Below, in pieces: positions 9,805 to 19,467 of a stretch of 62,759 nt of DNA; position 1 is the stretch's first letter; every line of letters begins with the position of its first letter. Made by a program: the position numbers and the translations under genes. The DNA lies in NCBI GenBank assembly GCA_035490095.1, contig DATHHQ010000325.1:1-62759 (forward strand). The letters run 5' to 3'. The notes below the pieces were generated by a model. That model was not told the origin of the DNA. It ran no database searches and worked only from the letters and a program-made list of their open reading frames with translations. The stretch comes from Bradyrhizobium sp. Its GTDB lineage: Bacteria > Pseudomonadota > Alphaproteobacteria > Rhizobiales > Xanthobacteraceae.

Positions 9805-10806
9805 TCACTCTGCACGCACGCCGCTCTCTTCGATCACCTTGGTCCACTTGACGGTTTCGGCGTCCATATAGGTCTTGAAGTCCTCCGGCGACTTGCTGCT
9901 GACGGCGATCGCGCCACCCTTGCGCAAGCGCGCCTGAATCTCCGGATCGGCGAGCACCTTGAGGATCGCGGCGTGCAGCCTGTCGACGATCGGCCGCGGC
10001 GTGCCGGTGGGCACCAGCACGCCCTGCCAGGACGACGTCACGAGGTTTTTCCATCCGAGTTCGTACATGGTCGGGATGTCCGGCAGATCGGCCATCCGCT
10101 CCCTGGTGGTGACGGCAAGCGCCTTGACCTTGTTCTCCTTCACGAACCCCATCGCCGACGAGATGGTGGTGAACATCAGGTCCACGTGTCCGCCGAGAAC
10201 ATCCGTCACCGCCGGGCCGGCGCCGCCCTTGTAGGGCACATGCACCATGTCGAGCCCCGCGTCCTTCTTGAAAACCTCCATTTCCAACCGATTGAGCGTG
10301 CTGCTGCCGGGCGTGGCGAAGGTGACCTTGCCCTGGTTCGCCTTCACATAGGCGATCAGCTCGCTGACGGTGTTGGCCGGGAAGTCCAGCCGGGTGATCA
10401 GGATGCTTGGCGTGTCGGCGCAAATCGTAACCGGGGCCAGATCCTGGTCCGGCTTGATGCGCATGTTGGAAGCGTAGACGCCGGGGTTGATCGAGAGGGT
10501 GCCAATATTGCCGAGAAAGGTCGTATAGCCGTCCGGCGCGGCGCGAGCTGCGCTCTCGGTGCCGATCATGCCCCCCGCGCCCGGCCGATTGTCGACCACG
10601 ATCTGCTGGCCGAGGATCTGGCCGACGCCGTGTTGGATGATGCGGGCGACGAAATCGGAAGCGCCGCCGGGCGCGAACGGCACGATCATCATGACGGGTC
10701 TATTGGGATAGTTGCCGGCATCCTGGGCCGAGACTCCCGCACCGAAGACGAGCAACAGCGCGCTGCCGAGCGCCGCCGTGATTCCGATTCGCTGCCGCGA
10801 TGCCAT
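9805..10806 (-). CDS. Tripartite tricarboxylate transporter substrate-binding protein (Bug/TctC)
   Basis: YPNRPVMMIVPFAPGGASD, NRPGAGG, HVPYKGG. Confidence 0.92.
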   Translation of the reverse strand: MASRQRIGITAALGSALLLVFGAGVSAQDAGNYPNRPVMMIVPFAPGGASDFVARIIQHGVGQILGQQIVVDNRPGAGGMIGTESAARAAPDGYTTFLGNIGTLSINPGVYASNMRIKPDQDLAPVTICADTPSILITRLDFPANTVSELIAYVKANQGKVTFATPGSSTLNRLEMEVFKKDAGLDMVHVPYKGGAGPAVTDVLGGHVDLMFTTISSAMGFVKENKVKALAVTTRERMADLPDIPTMYELGWKNLVTSSWQGVLVPTGTPRPIVDRLHAAILKVLADPEIQARLRKGGAIAVSSKSPEDFKTYMDAETVKWTKVIEESGVRAE

Positions 10807-10919
10807 GGTTCGTTCTTTCGCTGAATCACGGTGGTGGTCTGGATAGGCCCTATCCAATGCGATTCATAGGCCCATCCCGGGATCGTGGAAAATGCTAAAG
10901 CGTGTTCGCGGTTGTCCCT

Positions 10920-10992
10920 CGTCTGCCTTGGGTCCGATAGCCGCCGAAATTTTGCAACGCAACGAAACGACGCGGTGTGCCATCAGCCGACA
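10920..10992 (+). repeat. GGGTC/GTGCC hairpin element, solo copy
   Basis: GTCTGCCTT-GGGTC-CGATAGCCGCC...GACGCGGT-GTGCC-ATCAGCCGAC; same layout as the copies at 53-62 kb. Confidence 0.65.
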
Positions 10993-11321
10993 ACGCGGTT
11001 GAGTATGAGGATGAAGCTGGGCAGAAGCCACAACAGCATGAGGTCACCTCGGGTGTCCACGTTCGAAAAAGCGGGTACACCAAGTCGGTCCGCAAAAGTG
11101 ATCGGAACTGTCTGGACGCGAACGCGCTTAATGTGCATGACGGAGGTCAGCGGCCTTCCCAATCCGGTTGCAGGATGCCGGCGGCTTCCCTGGCTTTGGG
11201 ATGTTGCGGCGCAACGCTTTTGGTATGGGCCTCGAGAAAAGCCACAGCGCGCCGAACGAAAGAGAACTTGTTCAAAGTTACCGAAGTGCCAAACAACAAG
11301 AAATAACGGGAGGCTACGCCC

Positions 11322-12647
11322 ATGCATGAGCTGGAAAGGCGTGTAATCGGCAAGGTGATGCGGCGGCTGATACCGTTTTTGATCTTATGTTATTTCGTTG
11401 CGTATCTCGATCGCGTCAATGTCAGCTTCGCAAAGCTTCATATGAACCAGGCGCTTGGTTTCAGCGAGGCGGCCTTTGGATTGGGTGCCGGGCTGTTTTT
11501 CATCGCTTATTTCCTGTTTGAGGTGCCTTCCAACATCTTTCTCGAGCGAGTTGGCGCGCGGCTTTGGATCGCCCGCATCATGATCTCCTGGGGGATCGTC
11601 TCGGCTGCGTTCGCCTTTATTCCATCGATATCCGGAGCAACTGGAATTTCGAACGAAGGGGTTTTCTATACGCTTCGTTTGTTGCTCGGCGCCTGCGAGG
11701 CCGGTTTCTTCCCCGGCATCATCTTTTATCTGACCTTGTGGTTTCCGGTGGTGTACCGTGCGCGGGTAATCAGCTTCTTCATGCTGGCGATCCCGATTTC
11801 ATCCATCGTCGGAGCACCGATCTCCGGGTTGTTGCTGAACGTGACCGGCTGGGGCCTGGAAGGCTGGCAATGGCTGTTCATTCTCGAGGCGCTGCCATCG
11901 ATCCTGGTGGGAATAGGTGTGCTGTTTTATCTGACCGATTTTCCGCGCCAGGCCCGCTGGCTGCAGAAGGATGAAATCGCGTGGCTGGAGAACGTGCAAG
12001 CGACCGAGAAAAGGAACAAGGAGAGGATCGAACATCTCTCCCTGTTTCAGTCCCTCACGGATACCCGCATTTTGCTGTGCGCTCTGGTATATTTCTGCCT
12101 CAATGCGGCGAGCTACGGCGTTGCCTTCTTCTTGCCAACCATCATCAAGGACTTCGGCGTGAGTGACACTCAGACCGGATTGCTGGCTGCTCTGCCTTTT
12201 ATCTTCGGCGGCATAGGCATGGTGTTGCTCGGTCAGCACTCCGACCGCACCATGGAGCGAAAAGGTCACGTCGCGGTGGCGCTGCTGATGGCCGCGATCG
12301 GGATCGGGTTGTCCGGGCTTGTGTCCAATCCCATCATCGTCATGGCGCTGCTCTGCTTTGCGCAGATCGGCGTCTCGTCGGTACCGGCGATGTTCTGGCC
12401 GCTGCCGGCGAGCTTCCTGACCGGAGCGTCGGCCGCTGCCGGGATTGCGGCGATCAATTCACTGGGCAATCTGTCCGGGTTCGCCGGTCCTTTTGCGATG
12501 GGCTATCTAAAGGATCTCACCGGCAACTTCACGGTCGGGCTGCTCCTGCTCGCCGGGTGCGCTATCATCGGCGCAGCCGTCGTCGTGAGCCTGCGTATCG
12601 ATGCGAAGCGAGAGCAGTCATCGGGCGAAGTGGTGCTGGCACATTAG
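11322..12647 (+). CDS. MFS transporter, anion:cation symporter (TtuB-like) family
   Basis: YLDRVNVSFA, FEVPSN, RLLLGACEAGFFPG, AINSLGNLSGF. Confidence 0.93.
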   Translation: MHELERRVIGKVMRRLIPFLILCYFVAYLDRVNVSFAKLHMNQALGFSEAAFGLGAGLFFIAYFLFEVPSNIFLERVGARLWIARIMISWGIVSAAFAFIPSISGATGISNEGVFYTLRLLLGACEAGFFPGIIFYLTLWFPVVYRARVISFFMLAIPISSIVGAPISGLLLNVTGWGLEGWQWLFILEALPSILVGIGVLFYLTDFPRQARWLQKDEIAWLENVQATEKRNKERIEHLSLFQSLTDTRILLCALVYFCLNAASYGVAFFLPTIIKDFGVSDTQTGLLAALPFIFGGIGMVLLGQHSDRTMERKGHVAVALLMAAIGIGLSGLVSNPIIVMALLCFAQIGVSSVPAMFWPLPASFLTGASAAAGIAAINSLGNLSGFAGPFAMGYLKDLTGNFTVGLLLLAGCAIIGAAVVVSLRIDAKREQSSGEVVLAH

Positions 12648-12795
12648 CGCGGGATGACGATTCGAAGAAAAGTCATCCCGCTCTATCTTTTTGTTTGAGC
12701 ATGATCTCCGGGCAAACGCTTCGCGTTTGTCCCGAGGGAAAACCGGTACCCACCCTCGGGTCGAGCCCGAGGGCATGCTTTTCCGGATCATGCTC
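12645..12795. repeat. Composite CIR-like/MITE-like palindromic repeat
   Basis: TAGCGCGGGATGAC...GTCATCCCGCTCTA (12645-12685), then GAGCATGATC...GATCATGCTC (12697-12795) with an internal CCCTCGGG/CCCGAGGG hairpin. Confidence 0.8.
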
Positions 12796-12808
12796 GAGGT
12801 CCGAGGGC

Positions 12809-13864
12809 CTACTTCGCCAGATACTTGTCGAAGAACGCCGTCAGCTCGCCGAAGTGCTCCTTCGTCTCGGGCGCGCCGGGATCGCCGGCATATTGCGCAT
12901 GCGACTGGCCCTCGAACACGTGGAGATCAGCAACAACGCCGGCCTGACGCAGCTTGCGATGCACGCGTACCGTATTGGACAGGAACAGGTCACGGGTGCC
13001 CGATGTGAGAATGGTCGGCGGGAAACCGGACAGGTCGCCATAAACAGGCGAAAGTTGCGGATCCTTCAGGTCATGGCCGTTGGCATAGAGCTTCGCGGCA
13101 TCGCCGAGCCAGCCGTCGTTGCTCACCAGGATGTTGTCGACCTTCTCGTTGGTGAAGAAGGTGTCGCCAGTCTTGGTCATGTCCGACCATGGGGTGCCGG
13201 GCGCCGTGGCGGCAGGCAGCGGCAGTGCTTCCGTCCTGGCGCGGAGCACCATCGCCAGCGTCATCCCGCCGCCGGTCGAGGTGCCGAAGATCGCCATCTT
13301 CTTCGGATCATTCGTCTTTACGACCTCCTTCCACACCGCCATCGCGTCATCCATTGCAGCCGGATACGGAAAATCCGGCGGCATGCGATAGTCGATCGAG
13401 ATCACCTTGAACTTGCCGAAGCCCGCCATCAGGATTGCCTCGCGCGTTGCAGACTCTGCCGGGGCGAAGACGTAGCCGCCTCCATGCACGTGAACCAAGA
13501 GGCGATTGCGGTTCTGTTCGGGAATGTTGTCGGGCGTGAGGATGTAGCAATTCACGCCCGCGATCGTCACCTGCTCGGACTTGACGCCGAACTTCTCGCG
13601 CATGCCCGGCAACGTCTTGACGATCTGGTCAGCGCGCGTCTTGATCAGCAGCTTCCATGCGGCGGCATCCTTGGGATGATCGTTCCAGAACGGTGGAAGC
13701 GGTGCTCCGATCAGGGATTGCTCCTGCAGGCTAACGTCGGCAGTCGGTACCGCGATTTCCTTGGCTGGGACCTCGCGAGTGCCGCCTTCGAGCGAGAAAG
13801 CCGCACTCGGCACGGCAAGGCCGACGGCCAGAACCGCGAGATGCCATTTGAAGCTTGTTTTCAT
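12809..13864 (-). CDS. Secreted alpha/beta-hydrolase, family IV (HSL-like) esterase
   Basis: Signal peptide, HGGGY oxyanion motif, GTSTGG nucleophile elbow, D and H in GTRD and GQSH. Confidence 0.9.
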   Translation of the reverse strand: MKTSFKWHLAVLAVGLAVPSAAFSLEGGTREVPAKEIAVPTADVSLQEQSLIGAPLPPFWNDHPKDAAAWKLLIKTRADQIVKTLPGMREKFGVKSEQVTIAGVNCYILTPDNIPEQNRNRLLVHVHGGGYVFAPAESATREAILMAGFGKFKVISIDYRMPPDFPYPAAMDDAMAVWKEVVKTNDPKKMAIFGTSTGGGMTLAMVLRARTEALPLPAATAPGTPWSDMTKTGDTFFTNEKVDNILVSNDGWLGDAAKLYANGHDLKDPQLSPVYGDLSGFPPTILTSGTRDLFLSNTVRVHRKLRQAGVVADLHVFEGQSHAQYAGDPGAPETKEHFGELTAFFDKYLAK

Positions 13865-13970
13865 TGGTCGCCTCCTGCTGATTGAGCGGGAATTCCCCCC
13901 GATGGACCTTAAGTTGAGCCCGATAGTGGCAATTTTCCGGGCCTTCCGAAACGCAGGACCGGGTTTGTGG

Positions 13971-15029
13971 CTAGCGCGGCAGCAGCCCTGCCTCGCGATA
14001 TTGGTTGAGCTGATCGCGCAGCATGGCGATCGTATCGACGCAGGCATTGAAGCCTGCTCGCCTCAGACGGCCGGTATCGGTCAGAAGGTCCCATTCCTTC
14101 GCGAACACGAAATCGGCAAACTCCCATGACGCGAGGCTTTCAAGCGGGCGCTGCTGCAGGCCATGCCGCGCCACGATCCGGTCCCAGACGGGGCCCTTGT
14201 CGGCCATCCAGGTTGCGAGCTTCATATGGCGCGGCACGCCGCAGGGGATGCCGAACCATTGCGCCAGCAGCGGCCAGACCTGGCACCAGCGAAAACTATC
14301 GCCGTTGGTGACGTTGAACGCCGCATTCTTCCCTGAATCATGCGTGGAGATAAACACGATGGCTTCGGCAAGACAGGTCGCGTCCGACAATTCGGACAGC
14401 ACGGAATAACCGGCGGCGCTTCCGGGAAAGTCCAGGGGCACGTCGAGTTCCCGGCAAATCGCCGCGTAGGTGCCGAGCACCGTGATGAGATTTCTGGCGC
14501 GGTCGGGCGCGAAGTCGCAGATGTAGGACGGCCGCGATGCCGACCAGCTCCAGCGCGAATTAGCCGCCCGCGCGCTCAGAAGATCCTGCTGATCGTAATA
14601 GAAGTTTGGCGGCAAATGCCGGGGATCGTCTTCGCGCGATGGGGTTGGATACGGGCCGAGGTGCATGCCGTACCACTTGATGCCTTCCAGCAGGTGAATG
14701 TGCTCAAGCGTATCGGAACGCGTCGCAAGGGCGTCCAGCGTCGCGGCCAGCATGGCGACATTACCCTCGACGTCCTCGACGCCGCCCTCCCGAAACGGCG
14801 CGCGGGCGGCGAAGAAGGCGTGCGTCACCGGTTCGATGGTTGCCAGCGCGCGCCGGCAAGACGCCGGATCAGTCAGATCGGCGACGAGATGGGTGAAGGG
14901 TACCTCATGAAGCGGAGCGGTGCGCGACATGCCGTAGACACGCCATCCGGAACGACGCGCGAGCGCGGCAGCGATGGGACCGCCGGTCGCGCCGGTCGGC
15001 CCGATGACAAGTCCAACCTGATCAGGCAT
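13971..15029 (-). CDS. PRISE-like (progesterone 5-beta-reductase/iridoid synthase-like) SDR
   Basis: GPTGATG, GIKWYG, PPNFYYDQQD, WSWSASRP, FNVTNGD. Confidence 0.85.
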   Translation of the reverse strand: MPDQVGLVIGPTGATGGPIAAALARRSGWRVYGMSRTAPLHEVPFTHLVADLTDPASCRRALATIEPVTHAFFAARAPFREGGVEDVEGNVAMLAATLDALATRSDTLEHIHLLEGIKWYGMHLGPYPTPSREDDPRHLPPNFYYDQQDLLSARAANSRWSWSASRPSYICDFAPDRARNLITVLGTYAAICRELDVPLDFPGSAAGYSVLSELSDATCLAEAIVFISTHDSGKNAAFNVTNGDSFRWCQVWPLLAQWFGIPCGVPRHMKLATWMADKGPVWDRIVARHGLQQRPLESLASWEFADFVFAKEWDLLTDTGRLRRAGFNACVDTIAMLRDQLNQYREAGLLPR

Positions 15030-15846
15030 TGCCGAACCCCGCTTCATGGAGACGCCTGCAGCTATCGGCAATATCAGGATCCGGGTTAAGCGAAATGACT
15101 TCCAGCATCGGCAGCTCGGTGTATCCGATCTCTTTCATGGCAGATGGAATGCCTGCGAGCGGAACATCTCCGCACCCCATGGGATCGTGCTTGTAACTCT
15201 GCCGGGTCGTATCGGAAAAATGAACCAGGCTGAGCCGGTCGCGGACACGCCGTAATCCGTCCGTGGGGACTTCGCCAATGTAGTGAGCGTTGGCCACGTC
15301 GTAGATAACACGAATGCTTTCGTCGCCATAACCATCGACAACGTTCATCAGCGACTCCGCGTCCGGCAGAAAGGCGAACGGCATGTTCTCGATCAAAAGC
15401 CTTGTGCCGGCCTGCCGCGCCAGCGGCGCAAGCGTATCAAGCGCGCGATAGAAATGGGAGATCATGCGGTCGCGAGGCATCGGAAACAGCGGATTGGCCT
15501 TGCCGGGACCGACAATGATCCCCCCTGCTCCCAGTTCGCCGGCACAGCGAACGAACTGCACCAGCAAATCGAGGGTGTAGCGGCGCATTTCCTCCGCCGC
15601 CGCGGCGATATTCATGTCGACATTGGGCATGTTGACGGCCACCAGCCGCAGCCGGGCTTCGCAGAGTTTGCGCAATGCCCTGAGCGCGGAGGCGTCAAGC
15701 TCGGCCGGCCAGAGATGGCCGGGAAAGAACATCAGTTCGACCCCGCCATAGCCCTGGTCCGCGAGCCGCGCGACGGTATCGGCGGCACCGCCGTCGAAAA
15801 TGTAGGAATATGTATTGACGCCAAAACCGGCGGCAGCGCGCTTCAT
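15022..15846 (-). CDS. Sugar phosphate isomerase/epimerase (xylose isomerase-like TIM barrel)
   Basis: LIENMP, YDVAN, VHFSD, HDPMGCGD, MLEV metal ligands. Confidence 0.88.
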   Translation of the reverse strand: MKRAAAGFGVNTYSYIFDGGAADTVARLADQGYGGVELMFFPGHLWPAELDASALRALRKLCEARLRLVAVNMPNVDMNIAAAAEEMRRYTLDLLVQFVRCAGELGAGGIIVGPGKANPLFPMPRDRMISHFYRALDTLAPLARQAGTRLLIENMPFAFLPDAESLMNVVDGYGDESIRVIYDVANAHYIGEVPTDGLRRVRDRLSLVHFSDTTRQSYKHDPMGCGDVPLAGIPSAMKEIGYTELPMLEVISLNPDPDIADSCRRLHEAGFGNA

Positions 15847-17588
15847 GCTTGTCCCCTCTGGTGTCCCTGCTCGCGTCCCTTCCCTTGGGCACGAGCCTCC
15901 GGAGCCGTCTGCGCAAGGTGCCGGCCGGCAATGTAGCCGAATGCCAGCGCCGGCCCGAGCGTGATGCCCGGCCCCGGATAATTTCCGTTCATGATCGAAC
16001 CCATATCGTTGCCGCAGGCATACAGGCCCGCAATGGCGGTGCCGTTGTTTCGGAGAACTCTTGCATGGCGATCCGTCCGCAGGCCGATCGCGGTGCCGAG
16101 GTCGGCCGGATAGATCCGAAGCGCGTAAAACGGTGCCCGCTCAATCGGTGCCACGCATGGATTCGGCGAGTGGCCGGCGTCGCCGAGGTGACGCTGATAG
16201 ATTGACGTGCCGCGTCCGAATTCCGGGTCGATCCCCACCCGCGCATGCGCGTTGTATTTGTCGACGGTGGTCGAGAGCGCCGATGTTTCGACACCGATCA
16301 AATCGGCGAGCGCATCGATGCTGGGCGCCTCGATCAATTCGCCGCTTTTGATGTACCGCCCAAGACGCAGCGTGAACGGCCGAATTCGGCCAAGCCCGTA
16401 GGTCCAGAGAAAACGGCGATCGCAGACCAGGTGAAATGATCGACCCGCCGCGTCGTTGCCGTCGCGCAGCATGGCGAGAACAAACTCATGGTACGACAGC
16501 GCTTCGTTGACGAAACGCCTTCCCGACGCATTGACTGCAATGACGCCGGGCTTGGCCCGGTCGGTTACCGTATGCGGGAAAACGCCCTGGCTGCCGTCCG
16601 CGCGCCGAAAAAGTGACGCCGGCACCCAATAAGCGGGGCTCGCGACGCGCGTATTCATGCTCGCGCCTGCGGCAATCGCGACATGCAAGCCATCGCCGCT
16701 TCCCCCGGGAGCCGCGGCGGACACCGCGCCCGCCCCGCCGGGAAAGAACTGCGCGCGAAGGCCTGCATCGTGAGAGAAGCCACCGGTCGCCAGCACCACG
16801 CCTTTGCACGCGACGATCGGCCGGCTCCCGGATCTATCCACGACCCGCACACCTGTGATGGCATTGCCTTCGATCAGCAAGTGCTCAACGGTCGTCCCGA
16901 ACCGAATGTCGACATTTCGCGCCAGCAGCGACGCGTACAGGCGCGCCGCCAGCGCATTGCCCAGATGCAGCGTCATGCCCCTGGGCGCGCGAAGACGCTG
17001 CAGCGCATATTCAAAGACAAGACTCATCGAGCGCAGGGTCGAGCGAAACGAGCGCCCGAACTTGCGAAGGTGCGGGATGTCGAGCCGGTTGACCATCATG
17101 CCGCCGAACAGCGTGAATTCCGGCAGCGGCGGGCGCAGCCGCCCGAAGTTCGCTCCCAGACTGGCGCCATCGAAGGTGACGGGCTCGAGCACGCGGCCAC
17201 CGGCCGTGGCTCCCCGCATCTGCGGATAATAGTCGGGATATGTTTTCACCGGCTGAAGCCGGACCTCGGTATTCGCTTCGAGATATTCAACCGCCTCCGG
17301 ACCATGTGCGAGAAATGCAGCTCGCAAGTCAGCGTTTTCAGTTTCGGGAACGGTGCTGGCGAGATAGTCAGCGGCGTTGGACGGGCTGTCGTCGATGCCT
17401 GCATGCTTCATCCTGGCGTTGACGGGAATCCAGACCATCCCGCCCGACCACGCGGTCGTTCCTCCGATGAATTCCGTCTTTTCGATCAGCAGGACGCTCA
17501 GTCCCTCGGCGGCGGCGACCGCGGCAGCCGTCATGCCACCGGCGCCTGCGCCAATGACGACGACATCGTAAGCTTCGGAAGCCAACAT
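15843..17588 (-). CDS. FAD-dependent oxidoreductase, 3-ketosteroid delta1-dehydrogenase-like
   Basis: GAGAGG, GGTTAWSGGMVWIP, RRFVNE, GLYACGND, YPGPGITLG. Confidence 0.87.
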   Translation of the reverse strand: MLASEAYDVVVIGAGAGGMTAAAVAAAEGLSVLLIEKTEFIGGTTAWSGGMVWIPVNARMKHAGIDDSPSNAADYLASTVPETENADLRAAFLAHGPEAVEYLEANTEVRLQPVKTYPDYYPQMRGATAGGRVLEPVTFDGASLGANFGRLRPPLPEFTLFGGMMVNRLDIPHLRKFGRSFRSTLRSMSLVFEYALQRLRAPRGMTLHLGNALAARLYASLLARNVDIRFGTTVEHLLIEGNAITGVRVVDRSGSRPIVACKGVVLATGGFSHDAGLRAQFFPGGAGAVSAAAPGGSGDGLHVAIAAGASMNTRVASPAYWVPASLFRRADGSQGVFPHTVTDRAKPGVIAVNASGRRFVNEALSYHEFVLAMLRDGNDAAGRSFHLVCDRRFLWTYGLGRIRPFTLRLGRYIKSGELIEAPSIDALADLIGVETSALSTTVDKYNAHARVGIDPEFGRGTSIYQRHLGDAGHSPNPCVAPIERAPFYALRIYPADLGTAIGLRTDRHARVLRNNGTAIAGLYACGNDMGSIMNGNYPGPGITLGPALAFGYIAGRHLAQTAPEARAQGKGREQGHQRGQA

Positions 17589-17616
17589 GTCTCGGGGCCC
17601 GCGGTTGCAGCCGGGG

Positions 17617-18000
17617 TCAGACAGCTTTGCCGTCGTCTGACACCGGCGAGGTGATCACCAGGAACACGAGATCGACCAGACCTGAATTCGAGATCGCGTG
17701 TTCCACGCCGGGCGGCAGAAAGATGAAGTCGTGCTTGCGCACGACGTGATCCTTGCCGGCAATCTCCATCAGCCCCTCGCCTTCGAGCACGTGATAGATC
17801 TGTTCCTGAACCTGATGCTTGTGCCGGGCAACACGCGCCATCGGCTGATACATCGAAATCCGGTAATCGAGGTGCCGCGAACCCGCCGTCTCCGGCATCA
17901 CCAGCGGCTTCGACAACGCACCGCCGAAGTGATTGGGAAATTCGCGCCAGGGCACTTCGGCGATGTTGCGGATGAAGGCGCCGTTATCTTCTGAGGCCAT
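17617..18000 (-). CDS. Cupin-domain protein
   Basis: HKHQVQEQIYHVLEGEG and PPGVEH cupin motifs. Confidence 0.9.
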   Translation of the reverse strand: MASEDNGAFIRNIAEVPWREFPNHFGGALSKPLVMPETAGSRHLDYRISMYQPMARVARHKHQVQEQIYHVLEGEGLMEIAGKDHVVRKHDFIFLPPGVEHAISNSGLVDLVFLVITSPVSDDGKAV

Positions 18001-18026
18001 GGTGGTTTCTCCCTGTCTGTTTGGTC

Positions 18027-19439
18027 CTAACCCGCACGGGTGCTCATGAAGTCGACAGCCTCCCGGCCTGCAATTCTTCCAAAAACCAAGGCGCGAAGCA
18101 CCGAAACCGCATTCGGCGCAGTTCCGTAAAAATGCCCGGTGATCTCTCCCGCGGCGTAGAGGCCGGGCATCGGTCCACGCTCGCCCAGCACTTCCGCCTT
18201 CTCGTTGGTGGCGAGACCGCCAAATGTGTAGGCGATGGCGCCGACCAGGGGGTATGCGAGATATGGCGGCTTCGTGATGGCTCGCGCCCAGTTCGATTTC
18301 GGCGGGTTCAACGCCTCGGCCGCCGCCAATCCATCGCAGCGGGTCGCATCGAACCGCGCGACGTCGCCAGTCGCGGCAGCGTTGAACATATCGACCGTCT
18401 CTTTCAGATGGCGACCGGAAATTCCGATCTGCGCCGCAAGCCCTTCGAGAGTATCGGATTGATACGGCGGCACTTCCGACCTGATCGCGCGCTGATAGCC
18501 TTCGATATCAAACAGGCGGGAGTCGAGGATCGCATAGGCGATGCTGTTCTTCCGCGTGAAGTGGATATCCCGGGCGAACACTTCCCATGTCTCGTGCACG
18601 AGGCCGCCGCCTTCGTCGAAGAACCGGCGCCCATCCTGATCGACGACGATCCCGTAAGGATACACCAGCACGACCGGAGCGGAGTTTTGGCTGCGCGGAT
18701 CGACCGGCTCGGTGTGCATGCCGTTCCAGTCACCTGATGCGCTTGCGCCCTGGTCCAAGGCCATGCGGATGCCGTCGCCGGTGTCGAAACGCGTGCCCGG
18801 AGAAATAAGTTTCAGGTTTTCGGCTCCCGGCCCGAAATGCGTTCCCATCATCGCGGCGTTACCCTGAAATCCGCCGGCGGCGAGAATAACGGCGTCGGCC
18901 TTGAGCGCTGTCGTGACGCCATGACTGGATTGCGTCTCCACGGCACAGACGCGATGCCCCTCCGCCATCACCAGATCAGTCACCGCCGTTTCATAGAGAA
19001 TCTTCACCCCTGCCCTTTTTGCAGCATCCGCAAGTTTTGCGAGGATGGCGCTGCCGCCGCCGACCGGCTGGATACGGGCCGGGCCGGCGCTGAGATAATA
19101 GACCGGAATGACGAATTCGACGTCGTGCGTCCCGAGCCATCCAATGGTCTGAACCGCGTTCTCCGCGAGCGTCCGGAAATAGCCTGCATCGGCCAATCCG
19201 CCGGACGACTGCTGCATATCGTCCTCAAAACCGGGTGCCAGCCGATCCGGTGCATCGAGCCGCATGTAGGAAGGACTCCAGCGGGTATTTCCGCCGGCTT
19301 CGGCTTCGCGCGATTTTTCAAGCAAGGTAATCTCGATCCGCAAGCCGCGGCTGCGCGCCTGCTCGGCGGCTGCAAGTGCCGCTGCGAGACCGGCCGCTCC
19401 GTGTCCGACGACCACCAACCTTTGAAGATCTTGCGTCAT
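18027..19439 (-). CDS. FAD-binding dehydrogenase, TcuA/flavocytochrome c-like
   Basis: GHGAAG, GGNTRWS, AAGGFQGN, YTFGGL, GLYAAGE. Confidence 0.85.
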   Translation of the reverse strand: MTQDLQRLVVVGHGAAGLAAALAAAEQARSRGLRIEITLLEKSREAEAGGNTRWSPSYMRLDAPDRLAPGFEDDMQQSSGGLADAGYFRTLAENAVQTIGWLGTHDVEFVIPVYYLSAGPARIQPVGGGSAILAKLADAAKRAGVKILYETAVTDLVMAEGHRVCAVETQSSHGVTTALKADAVILAAGGFQGNAAMMGTHFGPGAENLKLISPGTRFDTGDGIRMALDQGASASGDWNGMHTEPVDPRSQNSAPVVLVYPYGIVVDQDGRRFFDEGGGLVHETWEVFARDIHFTRKNSIAYAILDSRLFDIEGYQRAIRSEVPPYQSDTLEGLAAQIGISGRHLKETVDMFNAAATGDVARFDATRCDGLAAAEALNPPKSNWARAITKPPYLAYPLVGAIAYTFGGLATNEKAEVLGERGPMPGLYAAGEITGHFYGTAPNAVSVLRALVFGRIAGREAVDFMSTRAG

Positions 19440-19467
19440 TCAAGGCAATCACGGTTCGACCTGAAGC

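Noticed and set aside
8687-10423. 578-aa ORF suggesting an N-terminally extended oxidoreductase
   Set aside because: The extension is an alternative frame of tctC; the real start is GTG 9772 with an RBS.
10977-11327. Several 100-150 aa ORFs in the tctC-MFS gap
   Set aside because: No motifs, mutually overlapping, and partly made of repeat sequence.
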